Source of the DNA: Epiperipatus broadwayi
Taxonomy: Eukaryota; Animalia; Onychophora
Length of the DNA: 64,000 nucleotides
Reading direction: 5' to 3'
Assembly: GCA_028023455.1 (NCBI GenBank)
Contig: JAQFVV010000004.1
Span: 19,654,001 to 19,718,000, forward strand
The notes under the pieces were generated by a model. It searched no databases and had not been told where the DNA came from. It saw only the letters and a list, made by a program, of their open reading frames with translations. A program made the translations under genes and the position numbers. Positions 25,540-38,246 of the stretch are shown piece after piece. Each line of letters opens with the position of its first letter. Within the stretch, counting starts at the first letter, position 1.

Positions 25540-28500
25540 CTGGATGTTGGGAAAAGATATGGTTCCAATGGCTAATAAGTCTGTGTTACCCAAAAATGCA
25601 TGAAGATATCCCCTACAAAGAGTTGTTATAGAAATTAAATTTATACCCCAAACCAATAACTTCGAAAATATGTAGAATGACTTCACTTCCTGATGCAGTA
25701 ATCAAATAAAAAATATGAGAGTAATATATTGTACTTCTATAATTAACAAAGGAATGCAATTTTAAAGGCCAGCTAGAATATGTGCTATTAGACCAATTGT
25801 TATGGAGCAAGTGAGATGGAAAATTTAGACTAATATTACTGAGTCAAAGCTAATTTATATGATCTCTATAGAAAGAGGGATATTATACAAAGCTGTTCTT
25901 AAACATTCAACATAATTTTAAAATGTGGCAGATGTTATTAAAGCAACTACATCGGTGAACAAGATGAAGGTACAGATGATTGATTAGAAATACTAAGATG
26001 ATTGATTAGAAGTACTAAAGAAAATATTTATATTTGTTATTGTTGTAGAAAAAAAGATTTATATAAATATAAAAAAGAGAAATGTCATAATTATGGCCTG
26101 AATCATTTGTCAAAAGCTTGAAAGAATAATGAAAGACAAGAATACATGCAATGTAATAGCTATAAAAATCTGAAACCAAATTATCAAAATGTAATTGATA
26201 ATGGTGCAGTCATCCTCATTTCTCTAAAAGATTGGATAGCCAGTCATTAAAGGAAAATGGAATAAAAACATACCAGTCAATAAGATGAATTTGATTGCTA
26301 TGGATGTAAACAGGGACTCTATTGCCATCAAAGGAATAGAGTTAGTACCAGTAAAAGTTAATGAATAAAAAATTTACTGTTATATGTAGCTAAAGATTTG
26401 AGCCCTATATTGGGATGGAACTAGTTTAAGCCTTTGGGAATAAGGATTAATATTATTACAAAGATACAAGTAGAATTAAAAATAAATACCCTCAATTTTT
26501 CAAATCCAGCTTAGTAGAGTTAAAGACAACTCAGTAGAGATAGAAATAATTTCAAATATATAACCAAGTCATCTGTAGACCCAAGAAAGTTCCATTTGTG
26601 CTAAAGGCCAAAGTTGAAGAAGCAAAAGCACTATTACACTGATGGAAGAATTAACACAAGCAGTGACCATAGTCTTTATTTTAAAGACAGATAGTAATAT
26701 AAGAATATACAGTTTACTAGTGAGTAATAGTAAATAAGGTCAATAAAGTAACTTATCCAATGCAAGTTTAAGATTGGTAATTGGTTTTACAGTCAACATT
26801 TCTGTCAAATCCTGGCTATGGCTAGTACAGCAAAAACAATAATCACATCTTATAGGTCTCTTCAATTTCAACAATTTACCTTATGGAATTACTGTAGCTC
26901 TGAATATTTTTCCAAGATAAAATGGTAAAACTCTTAAGAAGAACCAAAAAAAGCTATACCCTACTTGGACAATATTTTAATAGTTGCTGAAACTGAAAGT
27001 AACTTAAGAAAATGGGTAAACATCGTATGCAAAAGTTGAATAATTTTGGAGATTAAACTTAATGCCTCAAAATGGATCTAGTCAACCAAACAAATTAATT
27101 TTCTAGGACACATCATAATAGATAAGGGTAACACTCCAGCCCTCCAAAAATCAGCACAGTTAAGAAGGTCCTGAAGTCGACAAATTTTAGAGGATTACAA
27201 GCCTTTTTAGCCTACTCAGTTTTTTTTTAAACTTTCCTGAAAGAATAAAATCCCATATAGCAACCTCTCTCTAAAAATTATCCAAAAATAACCAGATTGT
27301 GGAAGTGAGTAATTCAACAGGCTGTAGCTTTTAGAAAAGTTAAAAACATGCTGCCTTCTAACAACTTTTAATACATTATCATGAAAACCATAAAGTTGTG
27401 ATTACAATGGAGGTCTCATATTAGGTACCACAATTTCTTACAGTTTTTGTAAAGGCAAATTTCTTACAGTTTTTATAAAGGCAAATGTCCTATAGCATGT
27501 GTATCATGTATACTCTCAGTGGCCAACAAAAATTATAGCCAATTGGATAAAGAGACTCTCACAATAGTATTCATAGAAAAGAAGTTTCGCCATTATGTTT
27601 ATGGACTTTCATTTAAAATCTTCACAGAACATAGATTTCTATTGAGAATATTTGAAAAGATAGAAAAATGCCAAATCATGCTAGTCAATGTATGCTATGA
27701 TGGATTAAGATATTGGCTTCATATGGTTTAAAAATACTATACAAGCCTGAAAAACAAATAAGCATGCAGATGCCTTTCTAGAACTCCAAACAAAAGCATA
27801 TATGAGTCCAGGATTATGGAAGTCAACTATATAGATGTGATAAAATAAAGTAGTAAATAGTAAAGTTGTAGCAGAATGAACAAAAAAAATAATGTGGGAT
27901 ATTAGTTAATGAAAAATTGTTTCAAGCAACATTGCCAAAATTATGACCAAACTACGTAATGCTGCAAATCTAGAGAGCTTGAGAAAGTTTATCTGGGTAT
28001 AAAGAATGCATTCTTATGACTGCCTGAGTTTAAATTCCAAACAAGAGGAGAAAATGCATGTTACTGCTACTTGAAGGACAACCTGGAATCTGATATGAAT
28101 AATAATATTGAAAAAACTGTAAAGACATGCCAAGCTGTCAAACAATAACCAAATTATCTGTAAAAGAGTTACAATCATGGTCTGAATCTAGAAATCCTTG
28201 ACAAATGCGGAACTGTTCCATGATGCTATTTCTTGTCATTGTTGTTTTGTACTTCAAATGGCCAGAATACAAAATACTCAAAAATACTAATACAGAGAAT
28301 ATAATAAAAATACTAAATTAACTCTTTTAAGTACATAGTTAACCTGAATTAATAGTTAGGACAAAGGTGTAGGATTTAATTCAGACAATTGAAGGATTGT
28401 CTAGCTAAGAAAATCATAAAACATCTATTAACATTGCCTTACCACCTGTGTCTTTTGAGTTAGTGTAAAAGGCTATTCGACAACTAAATTGTACATTGAA

Positions 28501-28970
28501 TGAAATGAAATATATTGATATTCATGAAGCACTAATTAATACAATATTTTGTTAACATTTCATACCTAGTGGTAACCAAAAAAACTCTGGTAGAACTTTA
28601 AATGAAATGCTGTTTTCAAACACGTTTTTATGTTAATTTCTGATAAACATCACATGAGCACCATTTCTTATGCTTGCTTATAACTGTTATCAAAACAGGC
28701 AGAACTCTTCATATTTTGGCTTGCACTGAGGGGCAATACTATATGGAGAGTTTTGCCTGTTTTAATTTCAGATAAAACCAGAGAAAAGGAGATAAGATCT
28801 GAAAGGGCTAAATTTAAAATGGAACAAACTGTATGGATAAGAGACATGTTAAGAAAAGAAATGGATATCTGAAGTTATGACTAAACTGCTATGTAAATAA
28901 TTACATATAATTGAAATGGAAGTTGGTAGGAAAGTAAAAAGGCATACAAATCAATTTAGAAATCCAGCTG
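25540..28970 (+). mobile_element. Decayed Gypsy/Ty3 (Mag-like) LTR retrotransposon, gag-pol with many stops and frameshifts
   Basis: gag ECNFKGQLEYVLLDQLLW (about 25755); RT PRKVPFVLKAKVEE, GLFNFNNLPYGI, YLDNILI, NFLGHII; RNase H PIACVSCILSVANKNYSQLDKETLTIVF..KKFRHYVYG; HADA; integrase HHCC/core remnants; RHTNQFR near 28950. Confidence 0.9.
28645..28763. mobile_element. Family B fragment in a fold-back arrangement inserted in the Gypsy integrase region
   Basis: 23 bp inverted arms AAAACAGGCAGAACTCTTCATAT (28692-28714) and ATATGGAGAGTTTTGCCTGTTTT (28741-28763). 28645-28700 matches 25207-25262. Confidence 0.8.
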
Positions 28971-29089
28971 TTGGTTGACTTTTGAACTATTTATAAGTTG
29001 GCAGTAGAGGATATTTTCATTATTTATTTGCCAATTTTTTTTTCATGCTTATAATTATGAATCCATATCACATCACTAGTAATGATTGT

Positions 29090-29690
29090 TTTTAATAAAT
29101 TGTTATCTTCCTTAAAGTATTAGTTCCAATTTTGTTTGCAGGTGTCTAGAATGTTTCTGTTTGTCCTTACCATGATTTGTTTTGGCACCTATCTTGCAAA
29201 AACTTTTGAAACCTAATTCTGTCATGGTTTATTGCACAATGAGAACTAAGGTGGATTTACAAATGGTTTTCCCAAATGATCACTGACACTTAGCTATATA
29301 ACAGAATTAATTCATTTTGCATGCTCAATGTTACCATCAGTTGTGAATGTGATTGGATGTCAGCTCTTTCTTTATGGCTGTCACTTGTGCAGTCCTTTTT
29401 GACAAAATATTTTTTCTACACTGGCCATAAAATATGTAATAAATATCAGCTCCAGACATTCTCTTAGATCATAAAAAGTAAATCATTACACTCTGCTTTT
29501 TTATGCAAATTGCAAGCGGGGTGGCCATTGTTTATCATACTACAGTCATGTTTGCAATGATGTACTATATTTAAAATTGCATCGCAATGACTGGAAGACA
29601 GTGACCTTATACGGAATGTGCTCATACGATAGTGCAATCAATAGAAGTTTTAACATAACCAGAATATGGATAAATTTTGCTCACCTAATA
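29090..29690 (-). mobile_element. Decayed mariner transposase N-terminal fragment
   Basis: From ATG at 29528 on minus: MATPLAICIKKQSVMIYFL*SKRMSGADIY..., then ELGF/SKVFAR*VPKQ (mariner WVPK/H motif with TGG>TAG). Confidence 0.8.
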
Positions 29691-31210
29691 TTATTAATAA
29701 AAAAGATAATATAATTACTAATTTTGATAGATAAATGATTTTTTTAAAATATGTAATACCAAAAAGAAACTTTAAAAATAATCTATCTAATTATGCTCAA
29801 AGAAATTATTATATATCTCAATACTCATTTGAAAATAAATGATGTCAATTTAAATAGTAAAATTTTAAAAATAAATTCAATAAAATTAAGTTTAGTGTAC
29901 TGAAATATACCTAATATTGTACATAATTGCATGGAACTTAATACACATAAGTATTATAATTAAATATATAATAAAATTATAGGAAAAGAATATTATATAA
30001 CTGCTATAGGTTGATTATAAGAGAAAGAGTTGCTACTAGTGATAGAAAGACTAAGGCATTTGAAATTAACTTTGATTTTTATTCTCATGATAATGGTTTT
30101 TTAAGCAGATTGTAGGTGGCTTTATAAAATAAGTTTCAGATGTGATATAGATTGAAAGATGAATATTTTAATTCTGACCAGTTAAAAACAAAAACAATGA
30201 CTTCATTTAAATATTTGAAGTGAAAGAAATGTGATCAAGTTCCTTAAAAAATATTGAGTATAATTTGAAGTAGAGACCATTTACATCACAAAAGTGATTC
30301 AATGTCAATCCAAAAGTAACAATATCTAATATTTTATTGTTTTCTTTGAAAAGATATCGTTGGAATATAAAGGTATTGAAATTTTTCTGAAAAATTAGTT
30401 TGCTGCAGACGAAATAGCAAATGTTCAACCCATGGTTTTCATAGTTTATTGATGTGGCTTATATCAATGTACTCTTAGTCTGTGTGCACTTGATAACAAC
30501 AATATATCATTTCATACAGTTTCTGATGATGGCTAATTGTCTTTTTATCTCATCATGGTAACTCATGTTATTTTTTATAAGTAGATAATAATATCAATGA
30601 TTGGGAAAAGTAAAAGAGTCTTGAATAGTGTGTAGATCAAACTATAAAATAATTATTGAATTATGTGTTGAACTTCTGACAACTTATTGACTATGTATTT
30701 AGTCATAATACTAATTATTTATTTTTCAGCATGGCCTCTACATCATTTCAAAATAAAACTTGTCCAAAAAAAAAAAAAAAGGATGGAAAGATAGTGTTTT
30801 TTAAGAGAAAGTGTTCTGGTGATTTATTTTTTATTGATATGTTTGATATCAAAAAAATAATATTCATTTTAAAAGTTTATAATTTGAAATGGCATTATGT
30901 TTGAATGGGTCAATGTGGTGTAAACAAAAAGTATTTGATCTGAACAAAAATCTTACTAGTCAACTTTAACTATTTTGAAAAATAATTTATCAACCTAATT
31001 TATTAGTAAACCCAAGTTATGACATTTGTAATAACCACTTTCATCATTATTATGTAAATCTACTTCTAAAAATTCCATCTTATGATAATCTATTATTTAA
31101 TATTCAAAAGTAACTTTAAATCTAGATCTCAATTTCCTTTAATGACCTAATGTTATGATTATGATTATATGTTCATGTATATTTGTATTATGTAATATAT
31201 TGTGTTTGTT

Positions 31211-31310
31211 ATAGTTCTGAAGAAGATTGCTGGACAATTAAAACTGTCACTAGTGGGTTATAATTATATGTAGCATTGTAAAAGTAATAACGAATGTAAA
31301 TGATATTAAT
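31211..31310 (+). mobile_element. Family C (pLTR/HHR) dispersed copy
   Basis: TAGTTCTGAAGAAGATTGCTGGACAATTAAAACTGTCACTAG...GCATTGTAAAAGTAATAA...TGATATTAAT aligns to 18298-18394. G12 is mutated to A. Stem I TAGT/ACTA. Confidence 0.8.
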
Positions 31311-31559
31311 ATTATATTAAGAGTATGATCCTACGCAGTATTGAAAGTGCTCAGCTTTAAATAAATTTTCTTTATTACAAATTAAAACCTGTTTTGTTAT
31401 TAAAAATGTTTTAATATTTTTTGAATCATTAAAGTTGTTATAGTAAACTTGATAAATAAAAGATTAAAATAATTTACTGAAAGAAAACTTTCAATTATCT
31501 TGAAAATATAAATATAATTTGTTTGGGGGGGGGGGATGACAAATTTTGTAAAATTAATT

Positions 31560-32120
31560 TACCATGCCAAAACAATCATTGAAGAGATAGTGAAATCCAT
31601 TGAAAAAAATTTGGAATTTGAGTCTATTAATTTTAAGTTTTATTCCATGTCATTGATTCTGTGGATACAATACAATGTCCCATATTTATGAGATATATTA
31701 ACAATGAATTTCACATTATGTAATAACTCAGATGCTTAATTCCACTGAAGGATATGATTGAGTTTGTTGATTTGTATAAACAATAAAAGCAACATTACTA
31801 AAATTTTTCCAATGATCAACATGCCTGGTACATTCATTGATAATATTCAAGTTGTGGATAGAAAGCAGAAAGGATTAATAAACTTTTATAAAATACTACA
31901 AAAACAATCGGTTTGGGTTTATGAAGTATCACTGCATCATACATGAAAATATTTGTATGCAAAAACATGTAAAGTATATAATATTATGAACATTATCATT
32001 TTATGAGATCAAATGAATTAAATCATTTATACCAATTTTAAGAGTTTCTCAAAATTTTGGATGCTAGCAATTATTACTTTTAGCACAGGACTTTGACAAT
32101 AATTGTCAATATTTCAGAAA
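31560..32120 (+). mobile_element. Decayed hAT transposase fragment (SPIN/Charlie/GTF2IRD2 type)
   Basis: DSVDTIQCPIFMRYINNEF, LIPLKD, YHCIIHENICMQK, MRSNELNH resemble the hAT DESTD..QL.IF.R, HCIIHQE.LCAK and IRS..LNH motifs. Confidence 0.8.
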
Positions 32121-35100
32121 ATATTAATTACACTTCATTTTCAAATGTTATCAGCAAGTTTTCAAAATGAATGTATATAGAATTGCACACAGATATGGAA
32201 TTTGAAGAAAAATTTATTCAAGTGTTTTTCTCCGACTTTCATAAACTGTATCTGTATTAAAAAATATGCAGCATTTCACAAATATAATCTGTACATGGTC
32301 TTTCTTTGGGATGGGTCTTTGTATTTTTTTTTTGTATAAAAAAACTATATCAACATTTTAAGAATATTCTTGCATTACATTCATGACTATAAAACTATAT
32401 ATAAGTGCACTAATATTTTTAAAAAAGAAGCACAATGTATTTATTAAAAATATTATGTTTATATATTTTTTTAAATAAATAGCATTTAGATAAATAGAAT
32501 AAAAAGTTTTATTATACACTTTAGTTAATATGGGCCATGTACTTTGTCACTACTATTCCTCTTTAACCAATTATATTCTTAGATGCTGATAATTTATTAT
32601 ACATGTCAGATATTTATCTGACATGTATATGAAACATATAAAATTTAAAAAGATCGTAGATTTAATTTTAAATCAAGCACTATTTTCATATTTTTAAGTC
32701 TGACATGAAAGATTATATTGTAAACATTAATGAATATTAAATTTAATATAGGCTGCTTGGTATATTTGTGCTATGTGATATGGTTTTTAGAAGATCTGAA
32801 AGATTGATACCCATGGCCTAAAAAATAAACACATGTGTAGGTATATTTATGATTCACAGATTGGGTTGGATAGTGATTTCAAAGTATGAGCAGCTATTGA
32901 TGAAGGAATGAATATTTAAATTCACTTCATTAGTGGATTATAAGTTACTGGTAGGAAGCATACCATTAATATTTTTTGAAAAATAAAATTAACACTATTG
33001 ACAAAAAGATTAAAATTTTGAGACACCCCCCCCCCCATACTGAAAATTATTATTGCTGTATTTCACAAATTGTAAGGTAAAACTTCTTATTGCTTGTAAA
33101 GAAGAAAAATAATTTCATGTTTTAAAAAATGGAATAATAATAATTTTTTTCCAGGTAAGCCTAAAGATTACATAAACTTAATAAAGAATAAAACTATAGA
33201 TGACCCAGATTTTTATAATAGAATCAATCAAGTTTTACAGTGTTTATTATTTTTAATTATATGCCAATCAATTATATTTTATTTATTATCAAATAATATA
33301 TGTATATTAACAATTTCACATTATGGAATTAAAGGATCTAAAGATTTGTTTTAGGTAATATTTTAAATATTCAAAAAGGTGATGCATAATTTTATCATTG
33401 TTTTACTCTGCATGATTTGGTACAATGATAGAGTTATAGATTCTGGACCTCAGGACTAATGACTATCTGGATCATTTTTGGTGCTCAAATTTATAAACTC
33501 CCATGCAATAAACTATTTGGTTATTAGTATCCCTTTTACATAGATCACAAGTTATGTTTAATTTAAAGTTAAGCCCAGTTTAGACTTGTGGGAGAAACAT
33601 AAGATTTAATAGATGTGTAAATTAGTAAATTCTGTTAAATCATAATAGAGCCATATTTTTTTAAATTTTTTATTATCATTATACAATATCTAGTTACTTA
33701 AATTAATGTGTGCATTATGAGCAGTAATTTACATTACTTTCTCTAGAGCTATCTGTTGTAAGCTTGAGTAATCATTGAACACTAGATATTATGCTATATG
33801 CATATTCATAGACTAACCTCAGACTATTGGCACTTTTTGATGATAAGCATGATTTGCATTCACATATCTAGTAACCACTTTTATGTTTTTGTTATATGAG
33901 ATGAGATTTTTTATACATCTTAAAATTTGGAACCCAAGTCAACTTGCTTGTATATTTATTTAAATCTGATACTAGACCAATAATTAAATATCTTAATGAT
34001 TATAAATTTTCTGTTAGTTGTAAGAAACTTCCACATTTTTATAAGGATAGCTTATGACAAAATATAATATCAGTTTTTCTAATTGGTTTCAACATTTGCA
34101 TTAAAAACATAATTTAATTTGTACTTTATTACAGAGCCATTTATTATATGATTTAATACTCAGTGAATCCTAGGTAATATTGTTACATCCACTCATTCAA
34201 AGTAGTTTCATCAGTAAAGACTAGCATTTGTACTCATATAGCTAACTGCTTTTTTATTTCTTGATACTCAATAATTTCAGTTACTGGCTTTAGTAATGTA
34301 AAAGTAAAGTTAATTTCTAGATATGGAGTGCAAATCCTGTTTCTCATTGAAGGTGTGTAATGACCATATATGCAACTGGGTACAATTGAGCAATTACTCA
34401 AGCTTAAATTCAATGATTTTGGATTAAAACAAATAAGCAAATAACTGCATATAATATCGATGTAAGTCAGCCAAGAAACTTGTATGCAATTAGTAAATAC
34501 GATATTTTAAAATCAGCAACAAGATGGTTTTTGTTGATATATATAAAGTTTAGGTAGATTGGATTACTCTGTCATATTCTAAAGGCAGTTATAATCACTT
34601 ATTATTAAAATAGGCTAGAGTATATTGATAGTCATGTTAGCTATGTTACTGGTTGCTAATATAAAATGAATTTATAGAATATGGAGTTAAAGAATACCCA
34701 TGACAACAGTAAAAATTTTAATTCTTTAATTTATGCAGATAGTAAGCATTGAATAATTTTTGTTTATTTGAGTTTTGGGAGATATTTAAGAATATTCTCC
34801 AATAAAAACTTTGAAAGAGTTTGAAAAATTAAATATTTTTCTCTTCTCTTTACAAGTAGCCACATAGTGATTTGGATGATTGGATTATGTAAAAGAAATT
34901 AATTCATAATTATTTAATGTTCATTATAGATCAATGTTAATTAGATTTTGGAAAAAAAGATTAGATAAAATAAATCTAAGCTATCATGATTTATTTACAT
35001 TCTAAACATGGAGTGTGTGAGATTTGCCTTACCTTTATTGCTTCGTAGTTTGTAAGAAGTCTGACCACCAGAACTAAAAGAAATGGGCTATGATCCATAA

Positions 35101-36439
35101 GTCTTGAGTTCCATGATAATCAGTGCATTACTATATATGGCAATTGGTAATATGTATGGAAGGGTTTTGAAATACTTCTAAAGTAGATAAAAGAAAATAC
35201 TATTTATAACTTGATCTATAATTTCTTAAACAGTTCTGCTGTGAATTGATAATATGTATTTGTATTATTATTATAATAATCAATTTTGACCAAATTTGTA
35301 GATTAACAGCGCATTAAAATTCAATTGTTATAGCATAATAGTTTATAGTGTTTTGTTAAATATGATATTATTTCATGATCTTACAATATAGCACATACTG
35401 CATTTGTCACCTTAAATTGCATGGTGAGCTAATGATAATTGTGATAGTATAGCTGATTGTAGTTCTTTGACAGTGCTACTAGGGGAGGAGTTAAATCTGT
35501 GTCTATGGATGATAAGTCTTAATTTGTCATAGAGTTAGATAAAATATCATTATTAACAATGTTAAAATAATAATTATAATTAAGATAAAAATGCATGACT
35601 TTTAGCAATACATATGCAGTGGTGCATCCCTAAGTGAAGTTTGCTCAAGACCAAAGGGTATATTTGATTTATTTTTGACCTTTACTACATACATTTTGAT
35701 TGCAAAATTTACAGATACTTTTTAATGATTTTTTGTTAATTGACTGTAAATTTTTATTTAATATAAGAATAGATACTAACATTTACATAAATATTAAATG
35801 TTGATTATCCCTGATTGTAATTGATTATTAGCATATTTGATGTGACATATAAGCTTTTGTGTAAGTAGTTATTGATCTAGACATACTTTTTCTTTAGTAA
35901 TACAATTTTTAAATATGTAAGTGTATATATTGTACCATCATGTCATACAAAGTCTGTTTACATGTATAGGGTGAGTTGGAACAAAGCTTTACTAATAAAT
36001 AAAAAAATTAGTCATTAACTATTTGTTAATATTCTTGATCTATACTTGATTAAAAGTCTAATGAGAAAAAATATGTAAACATTAAAATAATTTCAAAAAA
36101 CAGGAATTCTAAATGTAAAGGATGCATTTTTGGTAGCAGATACATTTTATACATCTTCTACAACACATACTATCCTTAAGTTATAAAAAAATATTTTATT
36201 ATTTTTACTTGTCAAAAGCAATATTTTCATTTGTAATAAAAATTTAATTATGGACCTTGTTGCTATGCAACAATAATAATGTGGATGGTTGTAAACAATG
36301 ATTCCACACAAAAGGCAGGTTTAAAAGACAAAAAAGAATGAAAACAACAAAAAGGTGCTTATTGAAAAACAGCAGTGACTAATTAGAGTCATATATATAT
36401 ATATTGGATCAGTTGTAATTAATTAATCTGTTCCTATTG

Positions 36440-36760
36440 TCATTTTGTGCCACAAAGAATTAACCAGCCATGAGATGTTTAAAGTCTGGAATAACCAATG
36501 GTGTTAAAAGCTGAAATAACCAAAGTAACTAATACCAAATCCCGAGAAGGTCAATATCTGAATGACCTAATGCTATGGAGGCCTTCAGAAGTAGCAGTAA
36601 AATATTGCAAATGGCATGCTAAGGGGGTGACCTGTCTGTCATGGCTAAACCTATCCTATGCTGCTGAAAATGGAGCATTGACCAGATTACATATGCCTAC
36701 TTCTAGTTTTCTGCCAATGTTGAATGATAGATTGAATGTCAATGTCATTTGTGAAATCAT
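36440..36760 (-). mobile_element. Possible CR1/L2 RT remnant
   Basis: Minus strand gives FNLSFNIG... and LVLVTLVISAFNTIGYSRL, similar to VLLDLSAAFDTIDHxIL. Weak. Confidence 0.3.
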
Positions 36761-38024
36761 TCCAGCTGCTCAAAAATATAGATGATTAATAAGGAAATGG
36801 AAAGTGAAGACAAGCCAACATCAGAAACATTATACAAGATCAAGCATCAGAATACAAATAGACAAGGAGAAATGTACCTATAACTTAAGCTGATCAGTAA
36901 GACATTTATTTTTTCCCTAATAATAAGTAATTACTAAAAAGGATATTTTATAACATTGATGAAATATAAAGACTTTATTAGGGACTTAATCTTAATCATC
37001 TTAATAAAATGCCTAATATATTTTTTATCTTAAAAATAATTTGTGTCAGTTAATATTTTATTCATACATGTAATATATCATTTATTATATTTTTAACAAA
37101 ATATATATTTTTGGTCGTTTTGTGGAAAGGGATAAAATAAATGTTGATCATGTGTATATTTTTTATTGTGTTATTAAATTTATTTTCAAAGAAAAGAAGA
37201 AAATCTTAACAGCTTCTTTCTATAACTCTATACTAATTAATATTTTTATAACTGCCTTAAAACAAGAAACAATTTGTCAAATATAAAAATTAATTACAAA
37301 GGTAAAATTACTTTTTCATTTTTGTCCATTAAAGCAGCATAATAATAAATCTTATCATTACGTGGATGTTTTCACTAAGTTGTTTTAGATAAGAATTATT
37401 GTTGTTCCAACACAGTTTTAATGAATTCTAGTCGAAACAGGTGTTTAACAGTAATCAGGAGACATATTTATGCCTTTCACATACTTTTTATCCAGATAGT
37501 TTGTAAGCAGTCATAATTTGATTTTCTTTGAACTATATTAGAGAGAGAATATTAAATAAGCCCAAGTATCAGGAAATCTGGTAAAGATAAAAATATGTTA
37601 TAATAAATAAAAGCATTACTATACCTTTAAATAGCTGAATGAATCATTGGTTTTTTTATTATTCCAGGTCCAAATAAGGTATTGTAATTTATTAGTCAGA
37701 TTCCTAAAGAATTATTTTAATAAACGTGCAAGCAGCTTTCTACTTTCATTGTTCAAATAAAAAATGGTCACTTTTGTCTCAATACCAGATTCTTAAGTGA
37801 TAAATAAACTAAGCTGCAGAATATATATTAAGTCATTATTTCAAGAGTATATTAAATTTACCAAAATAATCATTTTCAAGCAAAATAATAAAAAGTAAAT
37901 GAAAACAAAAGCAAAAACAAAATGACTTTCATATTAAAAAACTGAATTCACCATTTTTATCATCAATTTCGGTACTACTGCTTTGATATTTTCTTTTTTA
38001 TTTAAATATCATTAGATAATAAAG

Positions 38025-38246
38025 TAAAAAGTGGCTGCTGGGGGGTTGCATTAGATCCTAAGATTTAGTTGCAGTGCTCCCAGATCCAAAGCTCACCACT
38101 AATGAAAGCTACAAGCTAGAAACTAGTCCATGGATACTGGATGAGTAGGCATTAGATAGGAATTTTATGCATAAACCTATATGCATTGATTACTCTGGCT
38201 TGCACTGAGTGGTGCTACTGTATGGAAAGTTTTGCTTCTGTTTATC
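38025..38246 (+). mobile_element. Retrozyme-like family B, full dispersed copy (HHR 38093-38134, G5>A)
   Basis: CTAATGA-A-AGC[TACAA]GCT-A-GAAA-CTAGTC. Stem II shows the compensatory change GGC/GCC to AGC/GCT. Confidence 0.88.

Noticed and set aside
24815-28763. Family B copies as the LTRs of the Gypsy element
   Set aside because: Opposite orientation to gag-pol, the right-hand piece lies inside the integrase region, and no TG..CA ends or PBS are adjacent.
36498-36785. 95 aa plus-strand ORF as a host gene
   Set aside because: No family motif or splice support; the region is better explained, weakly, as a TE remnant.
37420-37445. TTAATGAATTCTAGTCGAAACAGGTG as an HHR
   Set aside because: Core has two mismatches, stem II is poor, and position 17 is G.
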